Assembly (NCBI GenBank): GCA_000165425.1
Contig: CT868085.1
Span: 124,001 to 188,000 of the forward strand
Source of the DNA: Paramecium tetraurelia
Taxonomy: Eukaryota
Direction: 5' to 3'
Length of the DNA: 64,000 bases
In this document: positions 26,821 to 39,729 of the stretch, piece by piece
Numbering within the stretch: position 1 is the first letter of the stretch
How the letters are laid out: each line of letters begins with the position of its first letter
Translations under genes and position numbers: made by a program
The notes under the pieces: model-generated
What the model was told of the DNA's origin: nothing
The model's input: only the letters and a program-made list of their open reading frames with translations
Databases searched by the model: none

Positions 26821-28529
26821 TCACTTATTACTACTTTCACAAAATTGTTATTTTTCAATTTATTGGCTAAAATTTCTACTATGTTTAGATGATGAACTTG
26901 AAGATTAATCAGTAGTTGATGAAATCTTATTATGACTTTAATTTGCATTAAATTCATACCCCTAAAATAGATCTTAATGATTTAATTGATGATACCTTAA
27001 GTAACCGGATCTTTTAATACAAGCAAGTTTTATTAGATGAGTTCATTATTTTCTTCATCCTCTATGAGAATTTGATTTTTATCAAAATTATCCTCAGTCC
27101 TCTAATTTAATAATATCCATTTACATTGGGTTTAAATGGTGGAATCAACTCGAAGTCTTGCAACTTTTACCATGGAAAATTTAAAAACCAAGGATGCTGA
27201 CGGATTTCTTGACTACCAATAAACCCTAATCGCTATGATGGTTTTCTTTATAATAGCTGGAAAGGATTTGAATTAATAAAAATACTCTATTGATAAAATC
27301 AGCACCCTCCAACGACCAATTATCAGGTATTTCAGATTTCTTTATTTGAACCTATTTAGCTATGATTTGCTCCCTAATTTCTTATCTTGACCTTCCCACA
27401 TAAGGTCTCTAAATAAATCTAAATTATTAATACTCTGCCCAACATGAATTCGTAAGCGATGACTCCTAAGGCATAATAGTCAACAGCAAATGTATGGTTT
27501 TATCTATACATGACTTCAGGAGCTAACTGATTGAATCATTGAGTACCCATATAGCCAGGTGTGCCACTAGTATCGCTTGAGTTCTCTGATTTCATAAATC
27601 TTGCAATGCCAAAATCAGTTAAATGCACATAACCTTTGCTATCCAAGACGAGATTTTCAGGTTTCAGGTCTCTATGAATTATGTTGTTGCCGTGAACATA
27701 TTCTAAACTTAAAAAAATGCAGGCTACGAAGAACCCTCAAAAATTATAGTTACAATTTCTTACTGGTTTCTTCTTCATTAAATTTTCTCATTCTTCCAAT
27801 GTGATATCGAAGATCTCCTCCTGACATATAATCCATTATCAAATAGAGAGTTTCCCTGTCTTGATACGCATAATTCATGTTAACTAAAAAAGGGTGTTTC
27901 AATTGGCTTAATAAAATTCTTTCATTCATAACTGAATTTACACTTTTTTTTGTGATAATTCTATATAAGGAAGAATAAACATACAAAGCCTTTGACATTT
28001 CCTTCATCGCATAAATTTGACTTGTCTTTTTATGTTCTACTTTCCAAACTTTTCCGAAACCTCCTATTCCAACAACAAAATGGAAGTGAAAAGTGTTTCT
28101 ACAATACAAATTATTATTAAATAGTTCTTTTAATTAGTTGATCGATTATGTTTGAATTGCCTGAGCCTATTATTTTACAATTTACGGTTTTTATTTATTC
28201 TAAGTAATTTCTCTTGCTTTTGCTAATAATGCTTGTAATTATTGCGAACTTGAATTCTCGTTATTTTAAGTATCAAATGCTTCAATAGTAGGAGATTTAT
28301 TGTGTTTAATTAATTTTGTTAAATTAGTGACATCCACCTAAGATCCTTTATGAGAATGCAATCGTTTTAGTAGATTTTGTTCAGAATTTTAAGGTGATAC
28401 CTATGAGCTGTTCGGAACATTTATAGGAGCTCTGCAATTAAATAGTAATGAGGAAATCATCGGCTTTTTAATAGAACTTGGACTATTCACTTGGCTAGGT
28501 TTTCTCGAACCTTGAAGATTCAAGCTCAT
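26821..28529 (-). CDS. AGC-group Ser/Thr protein kinase (YANK/STK32-like ciliate family)
   Basis: GIGGFGKVW, YAMKEM, GGDLRYH, HRDLKPEN, DFG, GTPGYMAPE; several 22-28 nt introns. Confidence 0.95.
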
Positions 28530-28652
28530 ATAATTTTAATAAAATTTGATAATCAAATTATAGAATTAATGGAAATTGTTAGATCGCTTGTGCAAATGAT
28601 GAAATACACAGTCCAAATGAATTCTGAAAATTCGAACATAAATTAAGGTAAT

Positions 28653-29531
28653 TCAAAATTATTGTTACCATAGTTATACTAGTCTTTTCTAAGTATTTCT
28701 CTCTTAAATTTTATTGACCTTATAATTCAACGAAGTGTTATCAGTATCATATTACCCAGGACCAGGTCTTGGTTATGGCATGCTTATTGGATAGATTTAT
28801 TTCCCAAAACGATCTCTATCATCTTCAATAAACATGTAACTAGGATTATATTTTTATTATGTAAGTTCAGGGTCCAAGAATTCCTAATTTTACTTTTTGG
28901 GCGAGCATTTTTAAAGAGCCTTCTCAATTTCTTATCGTATTGTCAATATATTAAAAGGTTAAGTTTCAGTCCATTCTTCTTTACATAAAATCGACGCTTT
29001 AACGTCAAAGGACCTGCCTGCAATTTCTTGAGGAGGATCAAGTTTGACTTTGCTTTTCTTTCTATAATGCTGCATCTCAATGTAATACGGTCTTTCCTTG
29101 TAACTATATGACCTTTGCTCTCTTATAGGATTAGCAGGCAAAAGAGATAATCCAGGATCAACCGGTTATTCTTCAGGCTTTATTTTTGGCATTAAGGTAG
29201 TTCTAATGATTTTCTTATCCATTGGCATTCTATGAACTCTCTAGATATTTGTGGCTTATAAATTGGCTTGAGGCTTTTGAATATGATATCTGAAGTTATC
29301 CTTCTTATGGGGAGCAAAGTTTGGACCTGCCAAATTCTTCTAACTGGATGAATCTGTTGAAGTTTCTAAATTTGAGAGATCACAAACAACATTGGTAAAC
29401 ATAGAACTAAATCCTTTTGTATGATTCATGGTTGTCCCTTTATTTTAAAGTAAAATCTTTTTCATAGTGCTTTCATTTATGTAAATTTTTGAATTGGGTA
29501 TTGATGAAAGTGGCATTTAGAACTCTGCCAT
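28653..29531 (-). CDS. Hypothetical protein with a PGPGQY (SHIPPO/STPGR-like) motif
   Basis: Continuous 292-aa ORF; RPGPGQYDT near C-terminus; 3' end could differ if a terminal intron exists. Confidence 0.7.
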
Positions 29532-29891
29532 TATAATAAATTTAATATGCAATATAATTATTACTAATTTTATAATTCATCAGTTAGTTATTATCATGTG
29601 ATTTAAAGTGTTAATAAATAATCTTCTTTCATTTCATATGATTTTGGGATAATTTATTCCTATTTCAAAATTTAAGAAATAATAAGTCAGATTTCTTTAT
29701 TTTAGCTATTGATTGAACAATATATCCTCTTCAATATAGGAGTAAGGATAATTGAATTAAAAACTATGAGTTTATTCTTAAATCTTTGAAATTATGGATT
29801 TCAGTTTAGCAAACATTAAAATTAATTTAGAATATGTAATTATTTTATGTTTAAACCCACAACTTATAGCGAATTATAAAAAAGAAAGAAG

Positions 29892-30344
29892 ATGGTTATT
29901 GGAATGCATATGATTGACCCCTCTGATAGATATCATTATTTTAACTTAGTTGGAGGAAATAATTAATTCAAATAGAAAACAAGTTCCATCAGTTAATAAC
30001 ATAAATATGAGAATTATACTCCTCGACAAATGGTGACTTTACCTGTTACACCCAATAGTAAATGCCCTTCCTTTTTCGAAAAGTCCTAATTACTAGTTTC
30101 TAAATAAGTTAGCATAACCCCGAGAATAAAATAAGTAAGATAGCAAACAAAACCAGTACTGATGTAGTTAAAAACTCAATTAATGGATAAAAAAGGAAAT
30201 GAATCATTCAGACTCAAAGAAACAATTACAAGTCCAGCTAAAAAGAAGTAGAATGATCTGAAGAAAAAAATCTTATTAGAGTTAGCTTAACCCTCAGACC
30301 TTGATGATTTTGTTGATTATGTATGTAATAAGAAATTAATATGA
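29892..30344 (+). CDS. Hypothetical protein, ~150 aa (start uncertain)
   Basis: Open ciliate-code frame MVIGMHMIDPSDRYHYFNL...DLDDFVDYVCNKKLI-TGA. Confidence 0.5.
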
Positions 30345-30445
30345 TAATTTATTTTTCCATGAAATCTAGGCTAGAATTAAAAAGCATTTTTGATATCAGT
30401 TAGTAGATCTAGTTTTTAGTAAATATTTAAATTAATAAAGCCAAT

Positions 30446-31735
30446 TCAAAAAATTAACGAGTAAACTATGTTCTATAAGCTAAGTGGTTCAAGATTCAAA
30501 ATAGTTCTTTAGATATTAAGAGGTTACGCCTTCATAATCTTGGAAGTGTAGGATTAATTTTCATCATTCAAAAGCATTAAGAATAATCTAAAATCAGATA
30601 CAATCCAAATCCTATCTACATAATATTATTTAAATCTAAGAAAATCATTCCAAAATAATCTATTTTGTCTATCATATTCTAAGCCTTATTTTAAGAATCT
30701 TAGTAAACATCTTGTTAATGTTGGGTTCAATTACTGTAACTTTACATTCATAGATTTGAGGAATTTGTAATCGAAAAATAACTATTTTAGAAGTACTTCT
30801 AATCTCTTACTCTCCTCAATCTTCTGAATTGAAGTTTGAAGCAACTTATTTTTAGAATACTAAATAGTCATTTCACATAATAAAAGAAATTAACAAAATA
30901 AATCTCTATCCATATTAATTGTCTTAATTCCAAAGATCAACTAAAATCTCTAAAATACCTATTCACAAATAGAAGGTAATTCAGTTTACTATTTTTAAGG
31001 TTCAGTCTTTTCAGTTTACATAGTTTTCTTGATTATCGATTAATCCTTGATTTTTGCTTCATATTTCAATTTATTTTATTCTTTTAGATATTGTTTAATT
31101 TCTTTGTTTCTTTTATGAGATGTTAATTATTAATATTTATTATCTGTGTCAAACATTTCTGATGATTCATTTTAGATTAGATTTATACTTTGTTGTGAAT
31201 AAGTTCTTACTCTGGTTATTTTTTATGGTTAAATGTCTTCTATTATTTATAAGTCTATTCTTGTGTCACTCAAAAACATCATACTTTTAAATCTGCTTTT
31301 ATGTATCATATTAAAGTCAACTCCAAAAACATAATTAAATTATTTCTCCTTATTAATTCTTTCTGCGAATTCAATCAACACTTCGTACATTTCTCTACTT
31401 GATGTGTTTATGAAATCAATTTTTTTCTATTTTTATGAAAATGTGCAGTAATAATAAGTTTAAGCCTTGCTTGTCGATTAAATCAATTATTCTTATAAGT
31501 ATGCGACAAAGTATTTAATTTGTTGATCATTTAAAAGCTCTTTATATCTTAGAAACTGAAGATAATGTGGGTTTTGGATAAACTCGGCTATAAATTCTTC
31601 ATTATTTAATATCATTATGATTAATATTCCTTTTCCTTCACCTAATGGAGTAACGTCAGCATGGATTGAATTTCTCTCAGTTGGTTTTCTAACATTGAAT
31701 GAATTAGATCTTTTCTTTTATAAAAAGGGTAACAT
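30446..31735 (-). CDS. Hypothetical protein, 429 aa
   Basis: Intronless ORF MLPFLQKKRSNSF...NIVYSLIF-TGA, 1290 nt. Confidence 0.75.
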
Positions 31736-32020
31736 TAAAAAAGTTAATTAAATAATTTTATATTCAATATAGATGACTTTTATTATATAAAAGGCTCTAA
31801 AATAAATGTAAATATAATTAAAAGCTAAATAAGAAAAATAGAAAATACATAAATAAAAATCATATATGTTATTTTGTTTATCAAGAGTTATGAAATTTGC
31901 ATCTACTCTAAACTTTGAAATATATATTAAACCTTCCATTTTTAAACTATGACAATAAAAATATAGGATATTCAAAATTATGATAGGAGTCTTTTAATAA
32001 TGGGTATTATTTAATTTATA

Positions 32021-33117
32021 ATGGGATAAGCATGCTGTTAAAAATTGAATTATCTTCCAAGCATAGGCTAACAACCAGAACCATTATATACTCACACTTA
32101 TAATGATGTACTCTATAAATTTACGATACCCTAAGGCTCAATTTTTGACTCCTGAACAAACATAACCAAATGAGATCTCAAATGCATCATTCTTATTCAA
32201 TTTTAATAATTAAACTCATACTCTGGATTTGGGCTTTGGAAGTAATGTCTTTTTTTGTGAATAACCTCCTTAAATAGAGAATGAAATTGTATTGCTCACA
32301 TTATCAAATCGTGGTAAATATAAGTTGCCAAAAGAACTAAATCTTATAGATGTTACATTCTACCCACCTATTGTAATATTTTTATTAACCTTCAAGCAAT
32401 ATAAGAAAACCAATAATGTTTATGTTGGAGGTTGGAAAAATTATTAGAGAAATGGATATGGATTACAATATTGGCCTACGGGAGCTTTTTATGAGGGGGA
32501 ATGGAAGGATAATAAGGCTAATGGATAAGGAAGATTGATCCATTCTGATGGAGATATGTATGAAGGGGAATGGAAAGACGACAAAGCAGATGGCAAAGGA
32601 ACCTTTTATCACTTTGATGGAGTTAAGTATACTGGTGATTGGTTAGACGATCTACCTCATGGATAAGGCAAGGAAGAATGGCGTGATGGAACTGAGTATG
32701 AAGGAACTTTTAGTTATGGAAAAAAAGTTGGAAAAGGCACATACAAGTTTGCTGATGGTGGTGTGTATGTAGGCGATTTTCAAGACAATCAGATGTAAGG
32801 AAAAGGCGTCTATACATGGCCAGATAAGCGAGTTTATGATGGTCAATGGGTCTAAGGGATAATGGAAGGCAAAGGAAGTTTAATTTGGCCTGATGGTAAA
32901 AAATACGTAGGTAATAAAAACAAACGATTTTAAAGGGCAATACGTTAATGGTAGAAAAGAAGGGTAGGGAACTATGAATTTTGGGGATGGAACTTAATAC
33001 ATAGGGTATTGGAAAGATGGATAAATGCATGGGTTAGGAACATTTTAAGGCAAAAATGGAATCACTTCAGGAGAATGGTATGAAGGCAAACTCAAAGTAG
33101 AATCACAACAACTTTGA
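32021..33117 (+). CDS. MORN-repeat protein with MGQACC acylation motif
   Basis: Repeated YEGEWKDxKAxGKG units; three introns (28, 24, 25 nt) give 340 codons. Confidence 0.93.
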
Positions 33118-33163
33118 AATGATTATTTTTTATAGTAATTAATTGGAAAATTGAAAGATATAA

Positions 33164-36039
33164 TCAATGGGATATAAATGAATTTGACCTACTAAATCTA
33201 TTAATCTCATCTGCTGCTTCAAACTATAAATGAATGATTGCTATCTGTGAAGCATTTAACCCGTCATTCTATTTCAAATACATAACTTACATTTTTTATG
33301 GTAATCTCTGCTCCTTGGCGAAGTAGGAAAGAAATTATTTCAAATGCTCCTGTTCTTGCTGCCTATATTAAAAAGGTATTCCCTTTTTCATCTTAAGTGT
33401 TTATATTGATATTCTAATCATGATTCAGCAAGTCTTTTAAGTCTTGCAATCGATGATCCTCTATTAAGGAGAACGCTCTTTCAATATTAGATTTATCATT
33501 TTGTTAGCTTTCTTGTAATAACATACTTCTAAACAATAAAGAAGTTGGTTCCATCGATTATTGGGTGATAAAATTGGATTTGATTGAAATTAATCCTTGA
33601 GAAGATTTGGATTTAGCCTATTGTTCAGATTTAGATTTTATTTATTATTCAACTTCTTTTTATTATTAGTTTTGAATAATTTCAGAGCACTAAAACTATT
33701 ATAAATTGGGATTCGACTTGTTGTCTGTATGTAACAGACCTTAAAAATTCTTAGAACTAGCAAACATAATATTTTGTGATGAAGAAGAAAATTTCTAATT
33801 TCCTAATAAATTCTTTGATTTCTAATTCTTTTTCAACATCATTCCTTTGGCAAATAATGGATTCCATTCCTTGACAGTCAACTTTGATTCATTCTGAAAT
33901 AAAATAAATAGAATACAGATCCTATTGGAGATGCGAGTCTACTTTTTGAATTCTAAGGAATGTTTAAATTACCAAATTATCGATCATTAAGTCTTGCTAA
34001 CTCTAAGTCATTTTGAGTACACAATTAAAAGTAAATCTTTTCCGTTGGAGTTATTTGATGGTATTTATATTCTTCAAATAATCCTATTAAAATGTTATTG
34101 TATTTTTAGGAAAATTCAGTTTTTAAACTTTTTTAGTCAACTTACAATAATTATTTATGTAAATTATTAAGAATCTATAACTCTCTATTTAATGATAGAT
34201 AATATACAATTGTTTTCAGAATCATCCTCGTTTTGGATAACTAAATTAATTATTTCTGGGAATCTCATGAGATCTTCATGTAAAAACTAGTTTTTAGTTT
34301 CATCATCCACTATGTTTACTATAACTCTTAATTTCTATTGTTTTAGATCATTTAGAGATATTAAATTTACGATTTGAGAGATGTAATTGATTTTAAATTA
34401 AGTTTGTATTTCTCCATCACTGATATCCAATTAAGAAATATTAGCACTCAATATGCTGTTATCACTTGGATATCCTTAGTGATTACATGCAACAGTATAA
34501 AATAAAGTATCTATTTCGCATTACTTCTTAAATTGAAGAGATATAAATACATTTAATTTAAGATATTATAAAGAAGTCTTATTTGAACCATCTTGAAATG
34601 TTTCTGAATAATAGTTACTATTAAAAAAGCTTTATTTTGATATATTTTTATTTTGCTTTTCCTCCTAATCTTATTATGGCTCATAAAAGATTTCTAAACA
34701 TCTTTGAACATGATTCTGTAGATAATATCTTGCAAATTATGAAGCTTTGAAAGAGTTGAAATTTTCAATCGCATCATTGTCTTATTATGTATTAAGGACT
34801 TTGTCTCCAAATTTCTTGACTAATCTTAAAGCGAATTTGCTAATAATATTTTTGAAATGTATACTTTTGTAACATTGATTTACTGACTAAAGAATAAATA
34901 TTTGATTTTCTATTATCTTTTACATCTGTCAATTAATCATGGGCTTAAAAGACATCGTCTATATAATTTGGCATATGAAATTCGATTTATTTCTCATTTT
35001 CCTCAAAAGCAACGGTTACTTTGATATTTTTTTTTTAAACTTGTTGAATCATCAATTATTTATCAATTTTATTTTTTTCTATTTTATCTTCTTTATTTTC
35101 CTTTAGAGCATCAATAATTGTTTTAATAGGTAGATTCGATTCTGTCTCTTAGATACTTAAATTGGGATGAATTTTAGTTTGTTTTTTTGTGATAGTGCTT
35201 AACTTAAAATTAAATTTTGATTCAATAGCTTTTGGTGTTCTCTCCTCTGGCATATTGCTTAATGTTTTTTAAAATTAGGAATCTATAAAGGGATCCTTTT
35301 TCTTTTTGATTTCCAATTCTAATAAATTCTGTTTATCTCTGTGAGTATGCAACATTTATCTTAGTTTTCTCATCAGATGACAACTCTTCTCATTCAAGGA
35401 TACTATCTCTGTAATTTGTTAATAAATCTAGGTTCTTTTGATTTTGTGATATACCCGAGCCATTTTTGAGAACTCATAGTTTTCTCTCAATATTTCCTCT
35501 TGATAAATTTAGGGTTTTACTATGTGAGTGATATTTTCAGTTCTACTTGATGTTAGAGATATCTACTGAATTTCACCAGCATGCTCTATTAATTAAGGAG
35601 TTTTAACTGTTTGCTAAATGTCTAGTTATAGGTTTGGTTGTTGAACTTCTTAAAATTGCTGATCTGGAAAGTCTAATTTAGAAACATATTCGTTTTTAGT
35701 ATTGGCGAGAGTCTCTGTTTTGTTTCTTTAATGTGAATGAACAATGCGAAAGTCTCCAGAATTTCCACTTGCCTTTCTCTTTTTAACCGTTACAGTTTTA
35801 GGAGTATCCTAAGTTTCTGTATTCATCATATGAGAAAAAAGTGGGAGTTTTTTGGTTGAGTCGAGAAGAAATCGAGATGTGCGTTTCGAGTAAACTAAAT
35901 ATTTATTTCCACTAGAGGCTGTAGAGCTTGCATTTTAATAATGTTTGCTGAGTGTAGATGTTGTTAGAGAGGGCACTTGAGATACGATTTGACTTCCTGT
36001 TAAATTTGTGAAAAATTTGCTAACTTTGGATTATTTCAT
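33164..36039 (-). CDS. ~930-aa protein with C-terminal ankyrin repeats
   Basis: INTQDEKGNTFLIQAARTGAFEIISFLLRQGAEITIKNNDGLNA; internal intron structure near 34150-34300 not fully resolved. Confidence 0.8.
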
Positions 36040-36348
36040 TAATTTTATGAAATACATGCATAAAATTGAATCGTACATAACCTTAAATATCGCTTTCTAA
36101 GGTGCCACCAATTTTTATATTATTCAAATAAATATTTCCTTTTTTAATTTGAATTTCAAAGTTGGAACATCATGTTTACAAATTTGAAATATTTCTTTGA
36201 AATTTGGAAGCAATCTAAAATGGTATTGATATAGTTAGTATTATTAAAGTTGATTGTTTAAAATAATACGTATTTTTTCAATATTATAAATTGTCAACTC
36301 GAATTCGGATAAAGAGTAATTAAATAATTGAACAATTCACTAGCAAAT

Positions 36349-36564
36349 ATGGGAAATATTGAAATGAAAGAAGAGGCAATCACAACTTAATAAGAATGTC
36401 ATCATTGTAAAGGAATTGGGTACGTGACCCAAAAATTCTCGAGAAAATATTTAGATCAAGAATTATCACCAACTCAAAAAAGAGAAAGAGATTAGTGTTT
36501 AGATTGTTTAGGAAAAGGGCACCTAATACTAGAACACTACGACGAGAAAAATTTTACTTTATGA
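36349..36564 (+). CDS. 71-aa microprotein with two DnaJ-type CxxCxGxG motifs
   Basis: MGNIEMKEEAITTQQECHHCKGIGYV...DQCLDCLGKGHLILEHYDEKNFTL-TGA. Confidence 0.75.
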
Positions 36565-36815
36565 CAACACAAATGATTATATATATATAAAACCATTAAT
36601 AAACTAAAGATTTGCAAGATTTAATAATCAGTAATAATTATTCAGTTATTATGAGAATTAATGACTTTATAATAATAATAATCGAGGTCAACATAGACAT
36701 ACTATCCTGAGAGTTTTAAATCTTTAAACATTTTTATTAATTAAGAACTGCAGAAAGACAAGGAACTGTTAAACAATTCAAATTTGCTATATCAAATATA
36801 TAATTTATAATATAT

Positions 36816-37688
36816 ATGCTTGCTATATTCATTATAATATTACCTTTATCAAATTCTCAAAAGTGTTCATGTAATGAAATCTATATTGAGGATTTGTGTT
36901 AAGAAGCAAGGGGATGTGCTTATGATGCTAAGTCTGGATTTTGTGAAGAAATTTAATGTATTGATAGAATGATTGATGATTGCTTTTACTTTGCAGGAAA
37001 AATCAGATGTTATTGGGATAATAAGGTTGGATTCTGTTAGGAACTGTCAAGTTGTGAGTAATTTCAAGAATTGGCAGAAAAAGATACATATAAGGAATAT
37101 TGTTTAGATATAAATTGTTCTTGGGATTATTAAGATTAAATATGTGTATCAAAATCTGAATAGAAATTGTGTTAATAATATGATGCTAAATACTGTTTAG
37201 GTGCCTCATAAACAGTAGGTCTAAAAACCAGTAATTGTGTTTTGAATGGAGAATAAGGTGATGTCTGCACAGCATTTCTCAATTGTGAAGACATCACATA
37301 TAAAGAGTCTTGTGATCTAGAATCTTGCAAATATGAAGATGGGGAATGCAAAACCAAGGACTGTAAGGATTATACAATTTCAACTTGTCCTAATTATAAT
37401 AAAATAAGTGGTTAGCAATGTTACCCAGTAAGTGATACAGGATGCTCAGAATTTTTATGTGAGGACTTCGCTGAGATTACTGATTGTCAAAATCATCCAC
37501 GATGTTTTTGGAGTCAAGATTTAAACTAATGTTATTAATAAGCTTGCGATAAAGCCACATATGCCACTTAATGTTTAAGTTTTAGTTATGTAGTTGAGAA
37601 TGCTGAGTGCAAATGGGAAAACGATAATTGCTATTCTTGTTATTCAATTATCTTGTATAATTTGTTATTCTCTTATTTATTAAGTTGA
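36816..37688 (+). CDS. Cys-periodic surface protein (Paramecium mini surface-antigen type), signal peptide and GPI-like tail
   Basis: Hydrophobic N-terminus, CSCNEI start, periodic C..CxW..C units, hydrophobic C-terminus; 290 aa. Confidence 0.88.
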
Positions 37689-37738
37689 TCATATATCATC
37701 ATTTCCTATAAATTAATAATTAATGATAATGTTATTAA

Positions 37739-38445
37739 TCAAATCAAGAAGTTGCTCTTGCTGCTAAGGAAGTCCCGAATTTGTATGGTAAATCTTAAGT
37801 CACTTGGCTATGCAATTTAATATTCTTTCAATTACTTCATTATTGATAAATTCAACTTCAGAATCGCAATCAATTGTGAGTGCTTTCATTCCTCCAACCA
37901 CTAAGCCTTAAACAAAACTTGCCCAAAGTGACAAATACTCATCTTATTAACTAAATTGAATGATATATTACATTTTATCGTTTAATCTGATTCTCCTTGT
38001 CATCTGAAAACCAAGCTTTGTTATTGTGTTGTTGCCTTTCTTCTATTCTTCATATCTATCTTCAATGTCGTAATGTGAACCAGCTTTATTAATTTAAACT
38101 TTAGAAACTGGTTGTCCGAACATATAAGTCCAAAAGTCTTTGCCAAAGAATTTAACATAATCTGTATATTTCCCTTATTCCGGATTAAGTCGAATTTTTT
38201 CAAATTGTGTTGATGCCAATGACTCCATTACATTTTATCCCAATCTCTTGCCCATCTCAACCAATCTAATCTATTTCTCATTTTTGTCTACATCAATAAT
38301 TGATTATACTAAGTTTTGTATTCTTCTGTACAGTTAACATGTATGTGCTTAATAAATGATACACAATTGGATATTCAATAGTCGATTAACGTTTATATTA
38401 ATTAGATTTTGGCAACTAGATTTTTTGAGTTGGTGATTAATCCAT
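37739..38445 (-). CDS. TRAPPC6: TRAPP complex subunit Trs33/TRAPPC6-like
   Basis: RLVEMGKRLG, VKFFGKDFWTYMFGQ, FVQGLVVGGM; three introns. Confidence 0.78.
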
Positions 38446-38476
38446 ATATGAAGTTATATATAAATATATATTGAAA

Positions 38477-39549
38477 TCACTAGAGTTTATTTTTATATAA
38501 AATATTGGAGAATTTAAGGGATCTATTTTCTACCAAGCAATTCAATTACTCATAGACAAGATTTTAATTTTCTATGCTATATTGTATTCCTTGATTCATT
38601 TCATTAATGTCATTTATAATCTCAAACAAAGAAATAGATGACATTGACAGATCATTTAACTATAATTATGAAGTGTCTAAAATTTATTCTATTTTTCTAA
38701 GAGCAGATGCCAATACAGGTAATTATTATTTTAATATATGAAACTATTTATCTATTAAGTACAATCTTTTAATTTCGAGATTGTCACAAAATTAATCCTA
38801 TTTATATTTTTGAAATTCCTCTTATTACTTTTGAATTATTTATTCTAATTCTTAATGCTTTTAATCCATTTAATGAATAACTTGTTCTTTTTCTGCAATA
38901 ATAGATTGTAATTGCTCAATGTATTAATTTGTTAATTCATCTGAATGCATCCTGTCAATTTTTCTATTCTTTTCCATGTTTTCTAATTCATTTTCTAATT
39001 ACTGAATACGTTAACATAAACTCTCTTATAACTCTTCATATTTTAATTTCCAATCTTCATTATACTGAACAGATGCAATTCTGGATTTCTAAATAATCCC
39101 AAATTTATCCATGCTACTAGTATCATTGACTTTATTCAATTTTTTATCCTAAATGTTTTGATTAATTTCAATACTGATTTAAATTCTGTTATATTTCTTC
39201 CATCTTTTGGATTTAGATTCTCTTTTAGATAATTTTAGCTACGAAGCAGTTGCTTCATCATTACAGGACTATTATCAGAGAGGTTAATTGAGATGATTTA
39301 TCGAGGGGATAATGATGCAGAGGATCTTTAAATGGTGTTTGGAGCAAAATAATTAATCATCTTGAAATCATCCTATTTCTTAAAGTACTTGGATAATCCA
39401 TTTAAGGATTGAATCAGATTTTAAGGTTTATTTACTTATGATGGTGTAAAAGTTATGAGAGGTTTTGATTTAAGAAGATGAAATGATTGTTAAGAGGAAC
39501 GAGGATCTATTTGTGTGTTTTCTTTGAGATTAGATATGTTTTGTTTCAT
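38477..39549 (-). CDS. Hypothetical coiled-coil protein
   Basis: ORF with 26-nt intron; WKLKYEELQESLCQRIQQLENELE heptads. Confidence 0.7.
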
Positions 39550-39729
39550 TTGGATTAGTAATCTGTTATAAATAAAATAATATTTGAATTTTGTATCCGA
39601 TATTATGAAGAGTATAGCGTGAATTACATATTATTTAATTTATTGTTTATCTAATTATCTTCAAATAGAAAAGTAATTCTAATTCTCTACTTTCAAATAA
39701 ACAACAATAAAATTAAATTAAATTTCAAG

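Noticed and set aside
30446..31735. Possible doublecortin-like N-terminal and EF-hand-like C-terminal domains
   Set aside because: Only a vague resemblance; cannot be supported without a profile search
36651..36710. Short ATG..TGA ORF (~19 aa) upstream of the mini-antigen gene
   Set aside because: No motif and too short to distinguish from chance
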